Source: Amoebidium appalachense (taxonomy: Eukaryota; Protista; Ichthyosporea). Taken from it: a stretch of 64,000 bases of DNA. The number at the start of each line of letters is the position of its first letter. Position 1 is the stretch's first letter. The notes under the pieces were generated by a model. That model saw only the letters and a list, made by a program, of their open reading frames with translations. It searched no databases and was not told where the DNA came from. The stretch is taken from the NCBI GenBank assembly GCA_963693365.1, contig CAVNZM010000003.1, positions 5,794,509 through 5,858,508 on the forward strand, written 5' to 3'. The position numbers were made by a program, and so were the translations under genes. This document shows, in pieces, positions 21,474 to 47,183 of this stretch.

Positions 21474-22080
21474 GGGTGGGTGGGTGGGGGGGGGGGGGGG
21501 GGGGGGGCTTGCAAATTTTACGGACTTCAGGCATTTTGTTGAACTTTGCATTCATACCTCCACGGGGAGGTTTACACATGTTTATTTATAGCCTGTCTTT
21601 GATATTTTGTCCTTCAAGCAACACGTGGCTATTATAGGTCGGTCTGCACGTCTGTGTGTGGTCCGTGCATGGCAACTAATTGAATTTCAAAAAAAAAGAA
21701 AACAGAAAAACAAAAAATAAACAGAAATGGCACGCCCGTTGCATCATGAACAACAGTCACGGTCCCAGAGCAAACCAATCATAAAGGGGCTGCATAAATT
21801 CCTAGCCATAGCTATAGCCCCTCAGGTGGGGCATGTCGGGAAGCAAGATTCAACGTGTGTGTATGTGTGTGTGTGTTGTATGTGTGTGTTCGTGTGTGTG
21901 CCTGTCCCCGTGTGTGTGAGCGTGTGTGTGACAGTGTGTGTTAAGCCGTCCATGTGTCTGTGCGGCATAAGCACATCCCCTTTACCTTGTGCAAGATCTA
22001 CAACCGTTGTTTACCATAAAAATACATCTGTTTCAACGGTATACTTGAGTTTACTCTCACCAGATGAAACATGCACTAAG

Positions 22081-22190
22081 TTACTCTGCCGATTTCAGCT
22101 TCTCCACTCCGTCAGCATACTGAAAAGACCCCCCGTTTTCGTATTCATACATGTCAAGAGCAACAATGCAGCTCTCACGCACAATGCGCT

Positions 22191-22222
<32 letters not shown>

Positions 22223-22642
22223 TTGGGGAGGGGGAGGGAGAGGAGGGATTGAGAAAGTTAGTTTAGTTGGGTCCTGAGGTTCAAATGCCATGATATCCAT
22301 ATTGCATCCGTGATGGTGATGGTGACGACACAGGGAGAAGGGGATGGTGTGGTGTGTGTGTGTGTATGTGTGTGTTGAGCGGGGTGGGTGGGTGGGTGGG
22401 TGGGTTTTGGTGGTGGTGGGGGGGGGGGGGGGGGGGGGGGGGGGGGATATTAAGGGTATGGAAACCCGTTTATGTATGCAAACGGAGAGGGTGTCTGCAT
22501 CCACAACCATTGGTGCCTCTCTTTTTGCTGCAAGATTTATGCAGCACCACTCATGCCATGCACCCACCTTACACACATACATCTACACCAAACACGGACA
22601 CAAAAGAACTCCCCTTTAACACACACGACAAACGTGGGCAAG

Positions 22643-22674
<32 letters not shown>

Positions 22675-22931
22675 ACCACCACCACACACACACGCCTTCT
22701 TCACAGACATACGCGTGAAAGCCTGCACACGCACCCATTCCCAAACCATAACCACACACACCGCACCATAATTACACGACCCTCAAATTGGTCAAACACC
22801 CCTCTTCCCCTTCCCCGATGCTCACGTGCTAATACAACACATGTCTGAAATTACTGATCCCCCCCCCCCCCTCCCCCCCAAAAAGAAAAACGCACACACA
22901 CACACACACCACCACCACAGAAGGGAATCCC

Positions 22932-22962
<31 letters not shown>

Positions 22963-23395
22963 AAACAAAAAAAAACAAACAAACAACTCCGATCTAGTAC
23001 CACATCACCAACACAATCTCCTTGTCTCACTAACACCTCACATCAACACGGTAAACGGACCAAAAAGGTGCCCCCCCCCCCCCCCCCTCTCCCCCCCCCC
23101 AAAAAAACGGGTGGGGGGGGGGTTTAAGAACGCCATCTCAAAATTTCAAATTTCATACCTGCTCGTCCTTTGCATATTTCTGCAAAAGTGGCAATACGGG
23201 GTCTGTAGCAATGGACCCCAGGGCCTCTGCAGCCTCGTGCCTCACCATCGGGTGCTCCGTGGGGGTTTCGAGAACGACAGAGAGGGCAGGCACGGACACG
23301 GGGTGTTGGATCTGGCCCAGCACGTAGGCTGGAGGGGGGAAGGGGTGAAGGGTATATGTGTGTGTGTGTGTGTGTACGTGTGTATGTGTGTATGT

Positions 23396-23429
<34 letters not shown>

Positions 23430-23693
23430 GAGTGTCAGTGAGTGCGAGTGTGTGTATTAACGTGTGTACGTGTGTGTGTGTGCTGCATGTGAGTGAGTGA
23501 TGTGTGTGCGCGCATGTGCCTGTATGCGTTAAAAAGAGAGAGAGAGAGAGTCCGTGTGTGTGTTCGAGTGCAGGTGTCTGTGTGCGCAAGTGTACTTGTG
23601 TGTGTGTGTGACTACGTGTGAAGATTGAATTTGCGCGTACCTGTGAGTGTGTAATGTTTGTGTCAAGAGTGGAAATGTGTGTGCGTGTGTGCG

Positions 23694-23731
<38 letters not shown>

Positions 23732-24046
23732 CGTGTGTGAGTGCAGGAATGTGTGCAAATGTACGTGTGTGAACATTGTGGAAGAGCGCGTGTGCAAGCG
23801 TGCGTGTTCGCGTTTAGACGTGGATGTGGCAAAGCATTTGTACGTGTCAGTGTGTGCGGGCCTTAAGTTGTGTGTGGGTAGGTATGTGTGTCTATAAGCT
23901 TGTGGGTGTAGGTTTAGACGTGCTGGGTGTTACGTGCAGAGCGCAGATAAGAGTGCCACAATAGTGTGTAAAAGCATTGTGAGTGCGGTAAAATGGCTGA
24001 TGTTTTTCTATTTTTTCTTCTCACTCTCTTTCTTTTTTTTTTTTTT

Positions 24047-24090
<44 letters not shown>

Positions 24091-24305
24091 AGTGTGCATA
24101 TCTGTGTTTGTGTGCGTGTACGTGCAATTAGGCGAGCGCTTCGCGTGCGCGTGTGTGTGCATGCAGGTGATGAAAGTGAAGGCACATACCGATCTCGTGA
24201 CGGAACAGAGCGCTGTCATCTTTAAACCCCTCAGTGATGGCCTGTAGATCAACCAATCAGATACAGCCACACCAACAACGTGTCATGTTCTTCTGTCTCT
24301 CTCCC

Positions 24306-24337
<32 letters not shown>

Positions 24338-24371
24338 AAAACAGCAAAAAAACAAAAGGAGAAAGAAAAAA

Positions 24372-24427
<56 letters not shown>

Positions 24428-24433
24428 GAGGGC

Positions 24434-24469
<36 letters not shown>

Positions 24470-25582
24470 TCACCATCCCTCCCCTGCCCGTTGCCCCACA
24501 GCACACACACATGGAAAGCGCAACTCAAGTCAACACACACCACCACCCTCACCTTATCACATCCATGACGGACAACAACGACACACAAGACTTGTAAGAA
24601 GGAGTGCACACACAAAAGTCTGAATCACAAGGGGCCCCCTTAAGTTTTGTTCCCCCATTTTCTTTCGTTTCTTCTTCTTCTCCCCCTCCCCCCCCCCCCC
24701 CCCTCCCCACCCCCCCCCCTTTTTTTTTTTTTTGGCGCGCTGGCGGGGGGGCGGGGTGGGGGGTTTGAATGCGGAACACGGTACGAAGTACGCATACACG
24801 AAGGACACATGCAAAGCCAAACATTCAAGTATGCAACATCAGCCATACGCACAGTATGCGTCATAAGCAGAGCCCATCCTCAGGGAGGGCCCAAGTCATC
24901 AATTGCGTCTGAGTTTCGACCCCTTAGCCCGCGTATATACGAGGGGGGGGGGGGGGGGGGGGGGAAGGAGAGGTAGTAATAAAAAGGGGAAGGGGGGGAG
25001 GGGGGGGGAGGGGGGGGGGGGGGGGGGGAGGATAAGCACACACCAGCACGCTCTCCGAGTTGCCGATGTTGCGGAGTGCAAACAGTGCGCGATACCTCTC
25101 AAAGAGATTCAAATTGGTGTCCATAAGTTTGGCCCGCAAGATCTCAATGTCTTTGTCCGTGGATGGGGGGGCAGGATCAACACTGTAGTAGGGGCCCTGA
25201 CTGAGGGGGGTGAAAGGGTTAATGTTAGTGAGTGGTGGGGTACTAACCTAGTGGAAGGAGACGGGGAAAAAAAGGTATTCTAGTGTGTAGTGATCAACAC
25301 TGAAGTAGGGTCCCTGACTGTAAAGGTTAGGGTTAGTGATTTCTAGGTGTCGGGAATGAGAATAGAAAGATTAGGTGTTTAGTGTGGGGTGATTAAAAGA
25401 AGGGAGGGGGATAGAGACTTATAAAGAAAGAATACATTCCAAGGCGCCCCAGGGGAAGGGGGGGGGGGGGGGGGTTGGCCTGTGTCTTACAGAGTAACGA
25501 AAGGCACAAACCAAAAACAAAGCGCATGATATAGCAAGATATAGCATGACAAAGCAAGATATGAAATCCTAACACCAAACTA

Positions 25583-25666
<84 letters not shown>

Positions 25667-26248
25667 AAGGAATCCCACAACCTTACAACACAGAATTGGA
25701 TAGTTTGAGTGATGTGAGGAAAGAAAATTGGATGAAAAGGGTGGGGGGTGGGGGGGTTCTCTTTTGCTATCAGGGAACTTATTGGAAGGTGTATTTGTAT
25801 GCTTGTGTGCATTTATGTGTGGATGCACACACCCGTGTGATGTGTGCATGTGAAGCAACAGGTAGCCTATTCGTGTGCATTCCTTTGTCTAGCTGTGTGT
25901 GTGTGTGTGCGTGTGTGTATGTGCAAATGTGTGTAGTGGTGTGTGCATCTACATGTGTCAATATGCCGTGCGCCGGTGTGCCTGTTTGCCCATGCGTGCA
26001 TCTGTCTGTGCTAATTTGTGCCTATACGCACATGTGCACATGCATGTGTAAGATTGTGTGCCCGTGTACACCCACGTACATCCACTCCTCCTTCCTCTCT
26101 GGGTTATGCAGCCACTCCAGCCTCTTTAACCCAATCGTGCACGTCTCAGCAACCTCCACACACGGGTCATTCACGTGTTCCTTCATCAGAGGAATGAACT
26201 CCGCCTTGCCCAGGGCTGCAAGCGCTTCACCGGCCTTTTTTTTTTTTT

Positions 26249-26290
<42 letters not shown>

Positions 26291-26314
26291 AGGGCAGGAG
26301 GGGGAGGGAGAGGG

Positions 26315-26359
<45 letters not shown>

Positions 26360-26940
26360 AGGGGGAAGGGTGTGAGATTGTGCTACCCAGTGATAGTTGC
26401 AAACTTAAAAAACGGACAGGAGCTTACTTTACTATATCTTCTTAAAGCAAGGGAGAAAGGGTGAGATTCGTGGGGAAAAGGAAAAGAGTAAGGAACAAGT
26501 GCTTCGTGACCTTGCTTTCTGGAAGTGAGAAAACATTTGTTCGTTACGACAAGGATTCTTTTTTCGCCTGTGTTTTCAATATGCCTGCAAGCCCCAGGGA
26601 ACTGGGGGGGGGGGGGGGGGAGGGGGGGGGAGCGGGGGGGGATGAGGGGGGGGGGAGGGGGGAGAGAAGTGAAGGGGGAGGGGGGAGGAGGGAGGGAGGG
26701 GGGGGGGGCATGATGTATAAATTTACCTCCCTCTGCCTTGTTATCAGGATGGACTGGGTCATGTTCGGTATGCAATTGTGTGAATGTGTTTTGGCAGGTG
26801 GTTTGCAGCATGGGCACTGGCAGTTGGACATCGACTGCTTCTTCGTATAGGCAACTGTCGACACAAGGAAGCAGTTTTGTGTTGTAAGCAGATTATGCGA
26901 TGCGCACTAGCTGTATTATTGTATTTGATGGTGTGCGTGC

Positions 26941-26971
<31 letters not shown>

Positions 26972-27813
26972 TGTGTATGTATGGTGTGGCGTGTGCTTGC
27001 TGTACAGCATCGCTGAAGAGGTGTGTGTGCTTGCATATGAGCATGCGAAGCCTCGGTGCACTATATGATTGTAGGTTTCCTCCCGTAACGTAGCGCTGTG
27101 TGGCGGCCTGTGCCTTTGCGCCTGTATCTGTGCAGGTGTGTGTGTGCTTGTGTGTTGCGTCCTTGAAAGTCTTGTGTGCGTGTGTGTATGTGTGTGCGTG
27201 CGTGCGTGCGTGCGTGTGTACATGCGCACGTGTGCACACCCACCTCATGGCGCACCACTGGCTCCTGCTTTGTGTCCTTGAGAATGGAGATGAGAATTTC
27301 CGTGGCCTGGTCGTTTTGCATCTGCCCCAGGCAGTATGCGAGCTCGTGCTTCAGCAGCTCAGAAGAGTCTCCGAAACCTACCAGAAAAGAAAAAGGAAGT
27401 GATCAGCGATATCAGTGTCATCGAATAGCGGCCAAAAGAAAGGAAAACGTGCCAGAACAAAGAGGTCGAACCTCCAGATCTATCATCCATCCCACACCAG
27501 GAAATTCAATGACCTCCAAAGACAAAAGCACACGAGTTGATGTGATTGATTTCCAGCTATGTGTTTGTATTTATGCTAAACATCAAATAAACTCATTCCT
27601 TATACATGTTCCCCTTCACTCTACCCTAAGGCACATCGCCTCAACCACGCAAGCACACATACCCTTTGAGATGGCATCTATAGTCTCCACACCCCCAATG
27701 TTCTTGAGTGTGAACAGCGCGCGGAACCGCTGCGCAAGGGGCACGTTGGTGTCTATGAGCTGCTGCCCCAGTGCGGGGATGTGCTGCTTGAGGTCGTCGT
27801 TTGCGGCAACCAT
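22081..27813 (-). CDS. DOHH: Deoxyhypusine hydroxylase (HEAT-repeat di-iron enzyme), 7 exons
   Basis: Exons 27813-27663, 27377-27244, 26234-26080, 25200-25044, 24241-24190, 23328-23159 and 22188-22081 are all phase-consistent. Motifs [52 protein letters not shown] and [11 protein letters not shown] are present, with all four His-Glu motifs intact. Confidence 0.97.
24763..24920 (+). repeat. Dispersed intronic repeat; inverted copies at ~40660-40955
   Basis: TTTGAATGCGGAACAC...CATTCAAGTATGCA...GCAGAGCCCATCCTCAGGGAGGG...GCGTCTGAGTTTCGAC is shared between the sites. Confidence 0.8.
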
Positions 27814-28063
27814 TTTCAGTTTCCAACACGACGTAACCGACGAAAATCTCTGTTGGCAGTCGGCGATCTTTGCGCCAACTCTGTGCGCACATGTACTCTG
27901 TGTTTGTTTTAGTGACTAAACCACATGGATGACATGGTTTTCGGAGAAGAGCTTTTAAGCTCACATTAAAAAGGTTTAAATTTGGATCAGCGGCTCTTCG
28001 AGAACTTTAAACGTGTGCTGATTTGTCAAATAAAAATCGATTCGCCGTGCACAGACACACACA

Positions 28064-28133
<70 letters not shown>

Positions 28134-28136
<3 letters not shown>

Positions 28137-28167
28137 CCAGCTGATACCAAGTGTCCCAGGGGAGCCC

Positions 28168-28206
<39 letters not shown>

Positions 28207-28377
28207 GAACCCCAACTAATTGATTTCTCCTTGTAGTCTTTTATGGTGTCTCGTAGAGAAAGTAAACCCTGATATATAGTCATCACCCGACATCTATGTA
28301 CGTGATCATGATATACCGCTGAGGGGATATTCCGAGCAAAACCCCCCCCATACCTGAGACTGGTTTCTCTTTGCCTC
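28134..28377 (-). mobile_element. ~240-bp SINE-like dispersed element with (TG)n tail, copy 1
   Basis: Near-identical to 32177-32408. Both copies share the boundary ...TTTGCCTC and abut (CA)n at CAACCAGCTGATACC. Confidence 0.65.
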
Positions 28378-29775
28378 AAACCCCCCCCATCTAGATGTGA
28401 CCGTTAGATTCCAGTGGTCCGACAATGCCGGCGCCGCGGCGCCGCCTGTCACAGGGTTCGACAAATTCGATCGGTGTGTGGACGATCATTATGTTTACAC
28501 ATAGGATGTGCACTTCTGAGCGACAGACACAGCGAGAGGGGGGGAGGGAGGGAGGGAGGGAGGGAGGGAGGGAGGGAGGGAGGGAGGGAGGGAGGGAGGG
28601 AGGGAGGGAGGGAGGGAGGGAGGGAGGGAGGGAGGGAGGGAGGGAGGGAGGGAGGGAGGGAGGGAGGGAGGGAGTGAACATGTGTGCGTGTGTGCGTGTG
28701 TGTGTGTGCGTGTGTGTCTCTGCGTGTGTGGCTTTTTGCCACGTGTGTATTTGCCAGTGCATGTTTGCGTATATGTGTGTGTGTGTGCGTGACGGTGTAC
28801 GTGTGTGACACTCTGCGTGCTTGCGTGTGTGTGTTTGTGTGTGTGTGCGAGTGTGTTCAGCGTGTGCACTGAAGAGACTCGGAGTTTGTGCGTGGGCGCC
28901 ACGTGCACGTGTGAGCGTGTCTGTGAATACAGTACATACTAAATGTCATGAGCTCACCAGCCGCCTAAGCCAGGCAATAATGAGCTCGAGGGGAGAATAC
29001 AATAGATATCCGTTAACCCTTCAAAAAGAAAAAACTTCTCCCCGTTAGTGCGCTTATTTTTGCCCGCTATAGGTTTCCCTACACGCAACATTATGATTAC
29101 GGTGTTTAAGCCAAAGAACCGTTGGCAGCACAAGGTTAGTGCAAAGCCTTCTTCTCAGAAGAATAGTGCTAGGAAGTCCTATGAATTATTGTAAGGGCAT
29201 GCACATACTTTACCCCCCCCCCTAACCCCCCCTCCCTCCCCCGAATAATACATTATGTTATGCGCGGACGGACACTGTACAACATCCTTGATTTTACACT
29301 AAACACGCGTAACTACGACCTGTTTATTAGATGTAGGGGCAAACCTGCAAATCTTGAGAGCCCTGTAAATCGTGAGAAACTTATGATCCCATACTTGGTT
29401 ATTTTCTTTTTTTGTGCGTTTTTCCTCATTGGTTTTGTTTGAATTTGGGCGGGGAAATGGGTGGGGCGGTTACTGGCACTCAGGCCTGCAACGGCAAAAA
29501 AAAACGGCGCTTCTCCGATACCCAGAACGTGAAATGTGAGCTCTCATGAGCTGCTGGCCAAAGCCCTTCGGACATGTTTTCTAAACAATAAACGGGCACA
29601 AACCACTTTCTTTTCAACTAAATAAGTGTTTCTGAGTAGTTTTTGCCTTTGTTTGGGTGTAATTGTGTAGGGGTAGGTAGCTGGTGTGAGCACGTGATGC
29701 TCGGGGTAGCATTGGCCTTCATTACTGACCACAACACTAGCATAGTACAGCACTGTTGTAACTGCGTGTCAGAAA

Positions 29776-31349
29776 ATGGCAAAGGCTCCCAAAAAAAACA
29801 AGCATATGCCTAAGCTTCGCAAAAAAGGGCCCACTCGCAGTGCACCTAGTGTAATAAAGCAGGGTTACAAGTACGGGCCCAAGTATAATCCCATGTTCAT
29901 GGAACAGGCAACTAGACAGCTAAAGAAGAGAAGCTCAGTCAAGCAACGGGTTGCCGAAGTAGCTGCAACCACTGGCATTTCCGTTGCAACCCTATACAGA
30001 CACAAAAAAGACCCTGAGTATGGAAACAAGAAACCGGGCCCTAAGCCCATTCTAACACTGAGATGAGGAGATTGGCCTTGCTAGTGGGCTGGTGTTCCTG
30101 GCTGGGAGGGGGTTGGGGGTTTCTCGTGCTGAAGTTCTCAGGTCTGCACGGGACATTGCTGAGCGTAACGGCAAAAAATTCAATACAGCAGACGGGCTTC
30201 CGGGTGAGGGGTGGTTCAATTTGTTCGAACGCCGTGCCAAACAGCACGGTTATAATTACAACCTCAATTCCGCAAACCAAACGAACTTTCGAAAGCGCGC
30301 GTTTCCGGTCTCACGGAGGAGAAGATGAATTCGTGGTTTGATATGGTGGAGGCACTGGTGGAAGAAAAGCAGATAAACGTGGAGAAGAATCTGTTCAATG
30401 CCGGCGAGAACAACTGCGCATAACCAACGTGCGTGCGGGTCAGAAACTTCTCACGGTCACAGACATGAAAAACATACAAAGTCGGCTATGGGTTTGCGGA
30501 GCAAGACTGGCACCTATAAATCATTCCTACTATTGTTGCGTCCGGTGACGCCCTCCCACCCACCATTGTAGTGCCCTCGAGTCTCATGTCAGAGGAAATG
30601 GAAACGGCCGTTAAGTATATCCACCCAGACGCGTTGCTAGCCTACTCTGATGACGGTTGGAGCACCAGCACAATATACCTCGAGCACACCCGGCGACACC
30701 CGAATTGGAGGCAGAAGTCTTTGCCCTCAAAACAGCAAGACAGCGGTTCGGTACAGTGCACAACATTCGTCCCGAGCAGGCAGGCCCCCTCCCCACCCAA
30801 CCCCCCGCGCAAACAGCCGACCCCACCAGCACGCCCCAGCAAACACCACCACACGGTCGAGCACCACTCGCAGAACGCAACCCAAACAGCAACGCCACGA
30901 TAGTGCGAAAACGGAAAAAGCAACAGGGGTGCATGATCGGAACAAGCGAGCAGCACTTGGACGGCAGAAGGGAGAAGGAACGTGTTGTGGCGGAGGAGAA
31001 GCAGAAGAAGGAGGAAGGGGCAAAGGCAGCGGAGGGAAGAAAGAAGCAAAAGGCCTTAGTGGCACTGGTTATCGGTCCCTGCCAAGCAAACAAGCAGTCG
31101 GGGGAACTTTGTGGCCTCAAAGCCATGCCAAGCCACGAACACGAAGGGGTGCGACTGTGCAAGCGGCACCTAAAGACACGGAACAAGGGGTTGGAGAACA
31201 CAAGCGCCGCAGCGAAACCGAACAACACCACCAATGATGCGGAGCAGGATGTTAGCGAAAGCGAGTACGCACAGGAGGGCGAGGGGAACAGAGCGCAAAG
31301 GAGGAGTGGGAGGAGAGATACAGGGGGAGGAGCATGTGGGAAGATGTAG
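29776..31349 (+). pseudogene. pogo-like transposase pseudogene
   Basis: HTH (VAEVAATTGISVATLYRH), CENP-B-like HTH (LPGEGWFNLFERR), LFNAGE where NxDET is expected, and SDDGWSTSTIY. Several frameshifts and stops; the rest of the DDE core appears deleted. Confidence 0.82.
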
Positions 31350-31648
31350 GGGAAGAAGGTGAAGGAAGTGGGAGTGACACGGAGGATGATGTGATGCCCA
31401 CGAGCGACTATGGGGCTGCCGTCTGATTGTTTAAAAATAAGGAGTTCCTTTTGACGCAGAACAGCTTCATATTCCGCAGTTGTGACGTTTGCGTAGTATA
31501 TGTGTGCTGTATCCTCCCAGATGGTAAGCAGGACTTCCAAGTGAGGATAGTGCTTGATTTTCAGTAACTGCGCATCATCCTTGTACTCTATGTCAACCAT
31601 GTCGCTTGTGTCAAGCCGGGGCACAAGAATAATGTCGGCAAATGCCAT
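30611..31648 (-). CDS. Convergent passenger ORF inside the pogo element (MAFADIILVPRLD...)
   Basis: Open frame of 345 aa from ATG 31648 (388 aa from 31777). The first ~90 aa look globular and lie outside the transposase; the rest overlaps it antisense. Confidence 0.4.
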   Translation of the reverse strand: MAFADIILVPRLDTSDMVDIEYKDDAQLLKIKHYPHLEVLLTIWEDTAHIYYANVTTAEYEAVLRQKELLIFKQSDGSPIVARGHHIILRVTPTSFTFFPYIFPHAPPPVSLLPLLLCALFPSPSCAYSLSLTSCSASLVVLFGFAAALVFSNPLFRVFRCRLHSRTPSCSWLGMALRPQSSPDCLFAWQGPITSATKAFCFFLPSAAFAPSSFFCFSSATTRSFSLLPSKCCSLVPIMHPCCFFRFRTIVALLFGLRSASGARPCGGVCWGVLVGSAVCAGGWVGRGPACSGRMLCTVPNRCLAVLRAKTSASNSGVAGCARGILCWCSNRHQSRLATRLGGYT

Positions 31649-32084
31649 TTTACTTGTCCTTGTGTATGTTTGGCCTCGAAGCCTCGGAGTTTTAGTGACC
31701 GTAAAAAGAGCTAGGAGAAAGTGGGAGATGTAGTGTGGGCACTCGACGGGACCTCTTGTTTTGTTTTGCGGCGACATGTGATAGATCGATCATCCGACAG
31801 TCAAGAGCCTATCATGATCTACAGGGTTCTCTAATTGATTTGAAGGTATGGTCGACAAATCAACTGCCTGAACTAAACTGCTGTCGCTTTGTTGTTTTAA
31901 GTACCAGTTCCTAGTAGAGGACTTAAAATTGTATTATAAAGGTTTTTTCCGCTTTTAAAAATAATCATCCCTTCACAAGATATACGAGTTTCTGGGAAAA
32001 GTTCTCACGATTTGCAGGTTTACCCCTATTGATTGGCTTGAGAAACACATCACTATGAAATTCTAGCGCACGCGCGCACACCGT

Positions 32085-32176
<92 letters not shown>

Positions 32177-32179
<3 letters not shown>

Positions 32180-32408
32180 CCAGCTGATACCGAGTGTTCC
32201 AGGGGAGTTCCCCTCCCCCCCCCCCCCCAAAAAAAAAAAATTGATTTCTCTTAGTCTTAAAGCTTTATGGTGTCTCGTAGAGAAAGTAAACCCTGATATA
32301 CAGGACATAGTCATCACCCGACATCTATGTACGTGATCATGATATACCGCTGAGGGGATATTCCGAGCAAACACACCCCCATACCTGAGACTGGTTTCTC
32401 TTTGCCTC
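32177..32408 (-). mobile_element. ~240-bp SINE-like dispersed element, copy 2
   Basis: Direct repeat of 28134-28377, lying just past the broken 3' end of the zinc-finger gene. Confidence 0.65.
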
Positions 32409-32469
32409 GAGTAAACAGCGTAAACCCCATGCAGACTTACTCGTTCTCTCAGGTGTGTGCGCGCGTATG

Positions 32470-33771
32470 GTTCACAAGTTGATATTTTTTGGTTCACAAG
32501 TTGATATTTTTTGAGAAACTTCTTTAAGCAGCCGGAGTATTCACATTTGTACGTTTTCTCTCCTGTGTGTGTACGCATGTGCACAGTAAGTTCTGATTTT
32601 TGTGCAAACCGTTTAGTGCACCCAAGGTGTGTGCAAGGGTGTGGCCTCTCCCCTGTGTGCGTGCGCATGTGCATATTAAGAGAACCTTTTGTGACCGTAC
32701 TCTTCGAGCAGCCGGGGTGATCACATTTGTACGGTTTCTACCTGTATGTGTTCGCACATGGCAAGTAAGATCCTGTTTTTGCGCAAACCTCTTTAAGCAG
32801 CCAAGGTATTCACACATGTATGGTCTCTCTCCCGTGTGAGTGCGCTTGTGCACGTTCAGGCTAGTGCTCGTTGTGAAGGCAGCTCGACAATTGGGGTATG
32901 TGCATGGATATGGCCTCTCTCCTGTGTGTGTGTACAGGTGTGTTGTTAGGCAGCCAGATTGTGCAAAAGACTTGCCACAACCGACATATTGACACCTGTA
33001 TCCTTTCTTCCCCGTGTGTATACAGATGTGCCGGTTTAGTACGCTACGAGTGCGAAACCTTTCAACACTTCCCATGTATTCACAAGCATAGGGCCTCTCT
33101 CCGGTATTTGTGAGCGCATGACTTCTCAGCGCACCATTCCGCGCGAAGCGTGCACCACAGCCGGGCTCAGTACAGGTATATCGTTTCTCTCCTGTGTGTG
33201 TACACCGGCGCCGGGCTAGATCACCGCTGTTTGCAAATCGTGCCCCACAACCGGGCTCAGGGCACGCATATGGCTTTTCTCCCGTATGTCTCCGCACATG
33301 CACAACCATGTGCCCGTAGATGCGGGTGGTATATCCACAGCCATGAACGCACGCCAGAACACATCGCTTCTTGTCCCCCGTGTCCACAATCTTCGCTGTT
33401 CTCTTTTGAAACTCGTCGCTTTCCCCAGCTCGTTTTCTGTCCGTTTCGTTGTCACGATTTCGTGTGTTTGTTTTGGCAGCCGTCCTCAAGTCCCTTTGTC
33501 CAAAAGTCTCATCCTCCCTGGCCCCTGTGTGCAATTTTCGCTTATTGCCATGCTCTTGGCGGGTGACAGGCCGTGGACGGCCCACGCGGCGACTGGGCGG
33601 TTGCTCAGCCGGCCGCTTACTGCTCGCCATCCGTCCCTCCCCGCCGTCCGTGCGCTCCCCCGCCTCTTCCTTCACCACAACCGGTACCTCATCTCTCGCC
33701 TGGGCCCGTGCCTGCACGCTGCCTGCGTCCGAGCGAGTGCTCACCCCCGTTCGGGTAGTTGCGGAGGACAT
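32470..33771 (-). pseudogene. Intronless tandem C2H2 zinc-finger gene (~10 fingers), degenerate
   Basis: Repeated HTGE(K/R)PY-C-x4-C. Three fingers have lost ligands (RRRCTH, HALTN, CEYMGS), there is a 1-nt frameshift at ~32740, and the last finger is cut at a ~21-bp duplication. Confidence 0.85.
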
Positions 33772-33878
33772 CCTTGATACGTTTGCAGAAGCTTGAAGAG
33801 CCACTAAAGTAGTCTAGTCTACGAGTGTAGCCTCAATCCGCAACATCCTGGTACAATAAGCATGAGTAAACGCAGTTA

Positions 33879-33886
33879 TGACGTCA
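33879..33886. promoter_or_regulatory. CRE palindrome in the short divergent intergenic region
   Basis: TGACGTCA lies between the ZNF start (33771, -) and the putative ligase start (34011, +). Confidence 0.4.
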
Positions 33887-34010
33887 TTTTTGGCAACTAA
33901 ACCTCGGGTCTTCGACGGCCAGTTCCGGCTCAGTGCAGTGTGCAGCATTGAGTTCCCGACGATTAGGTTGCAACTTGGACGAACGTTCCCGCGACCATTA
34001 TGCAGCTGAA

Positions 34011-47183
<13,173 letters not shown>

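Larger units (their letters stand above)
29336..32026 (+). mobile_element. pogo/Tigger-type (Tc1/mariner superfamily) DNA transposon, 2.7 kb, decayed
   Basis: TIRs GGGG(C/T)AAACCTGCAAATC(T/G)TGAGA with TA at 29334-35 and 32027-28. Internal transposase remnants. Confidence 0.88.

Noticed and set aside
22990-23045. Alternative DOHH last exon ([15 protein letters not shown])
   Set aside because: 22188-22081 gives the canonical VRESCxVALDM ending with a proper acceptor.
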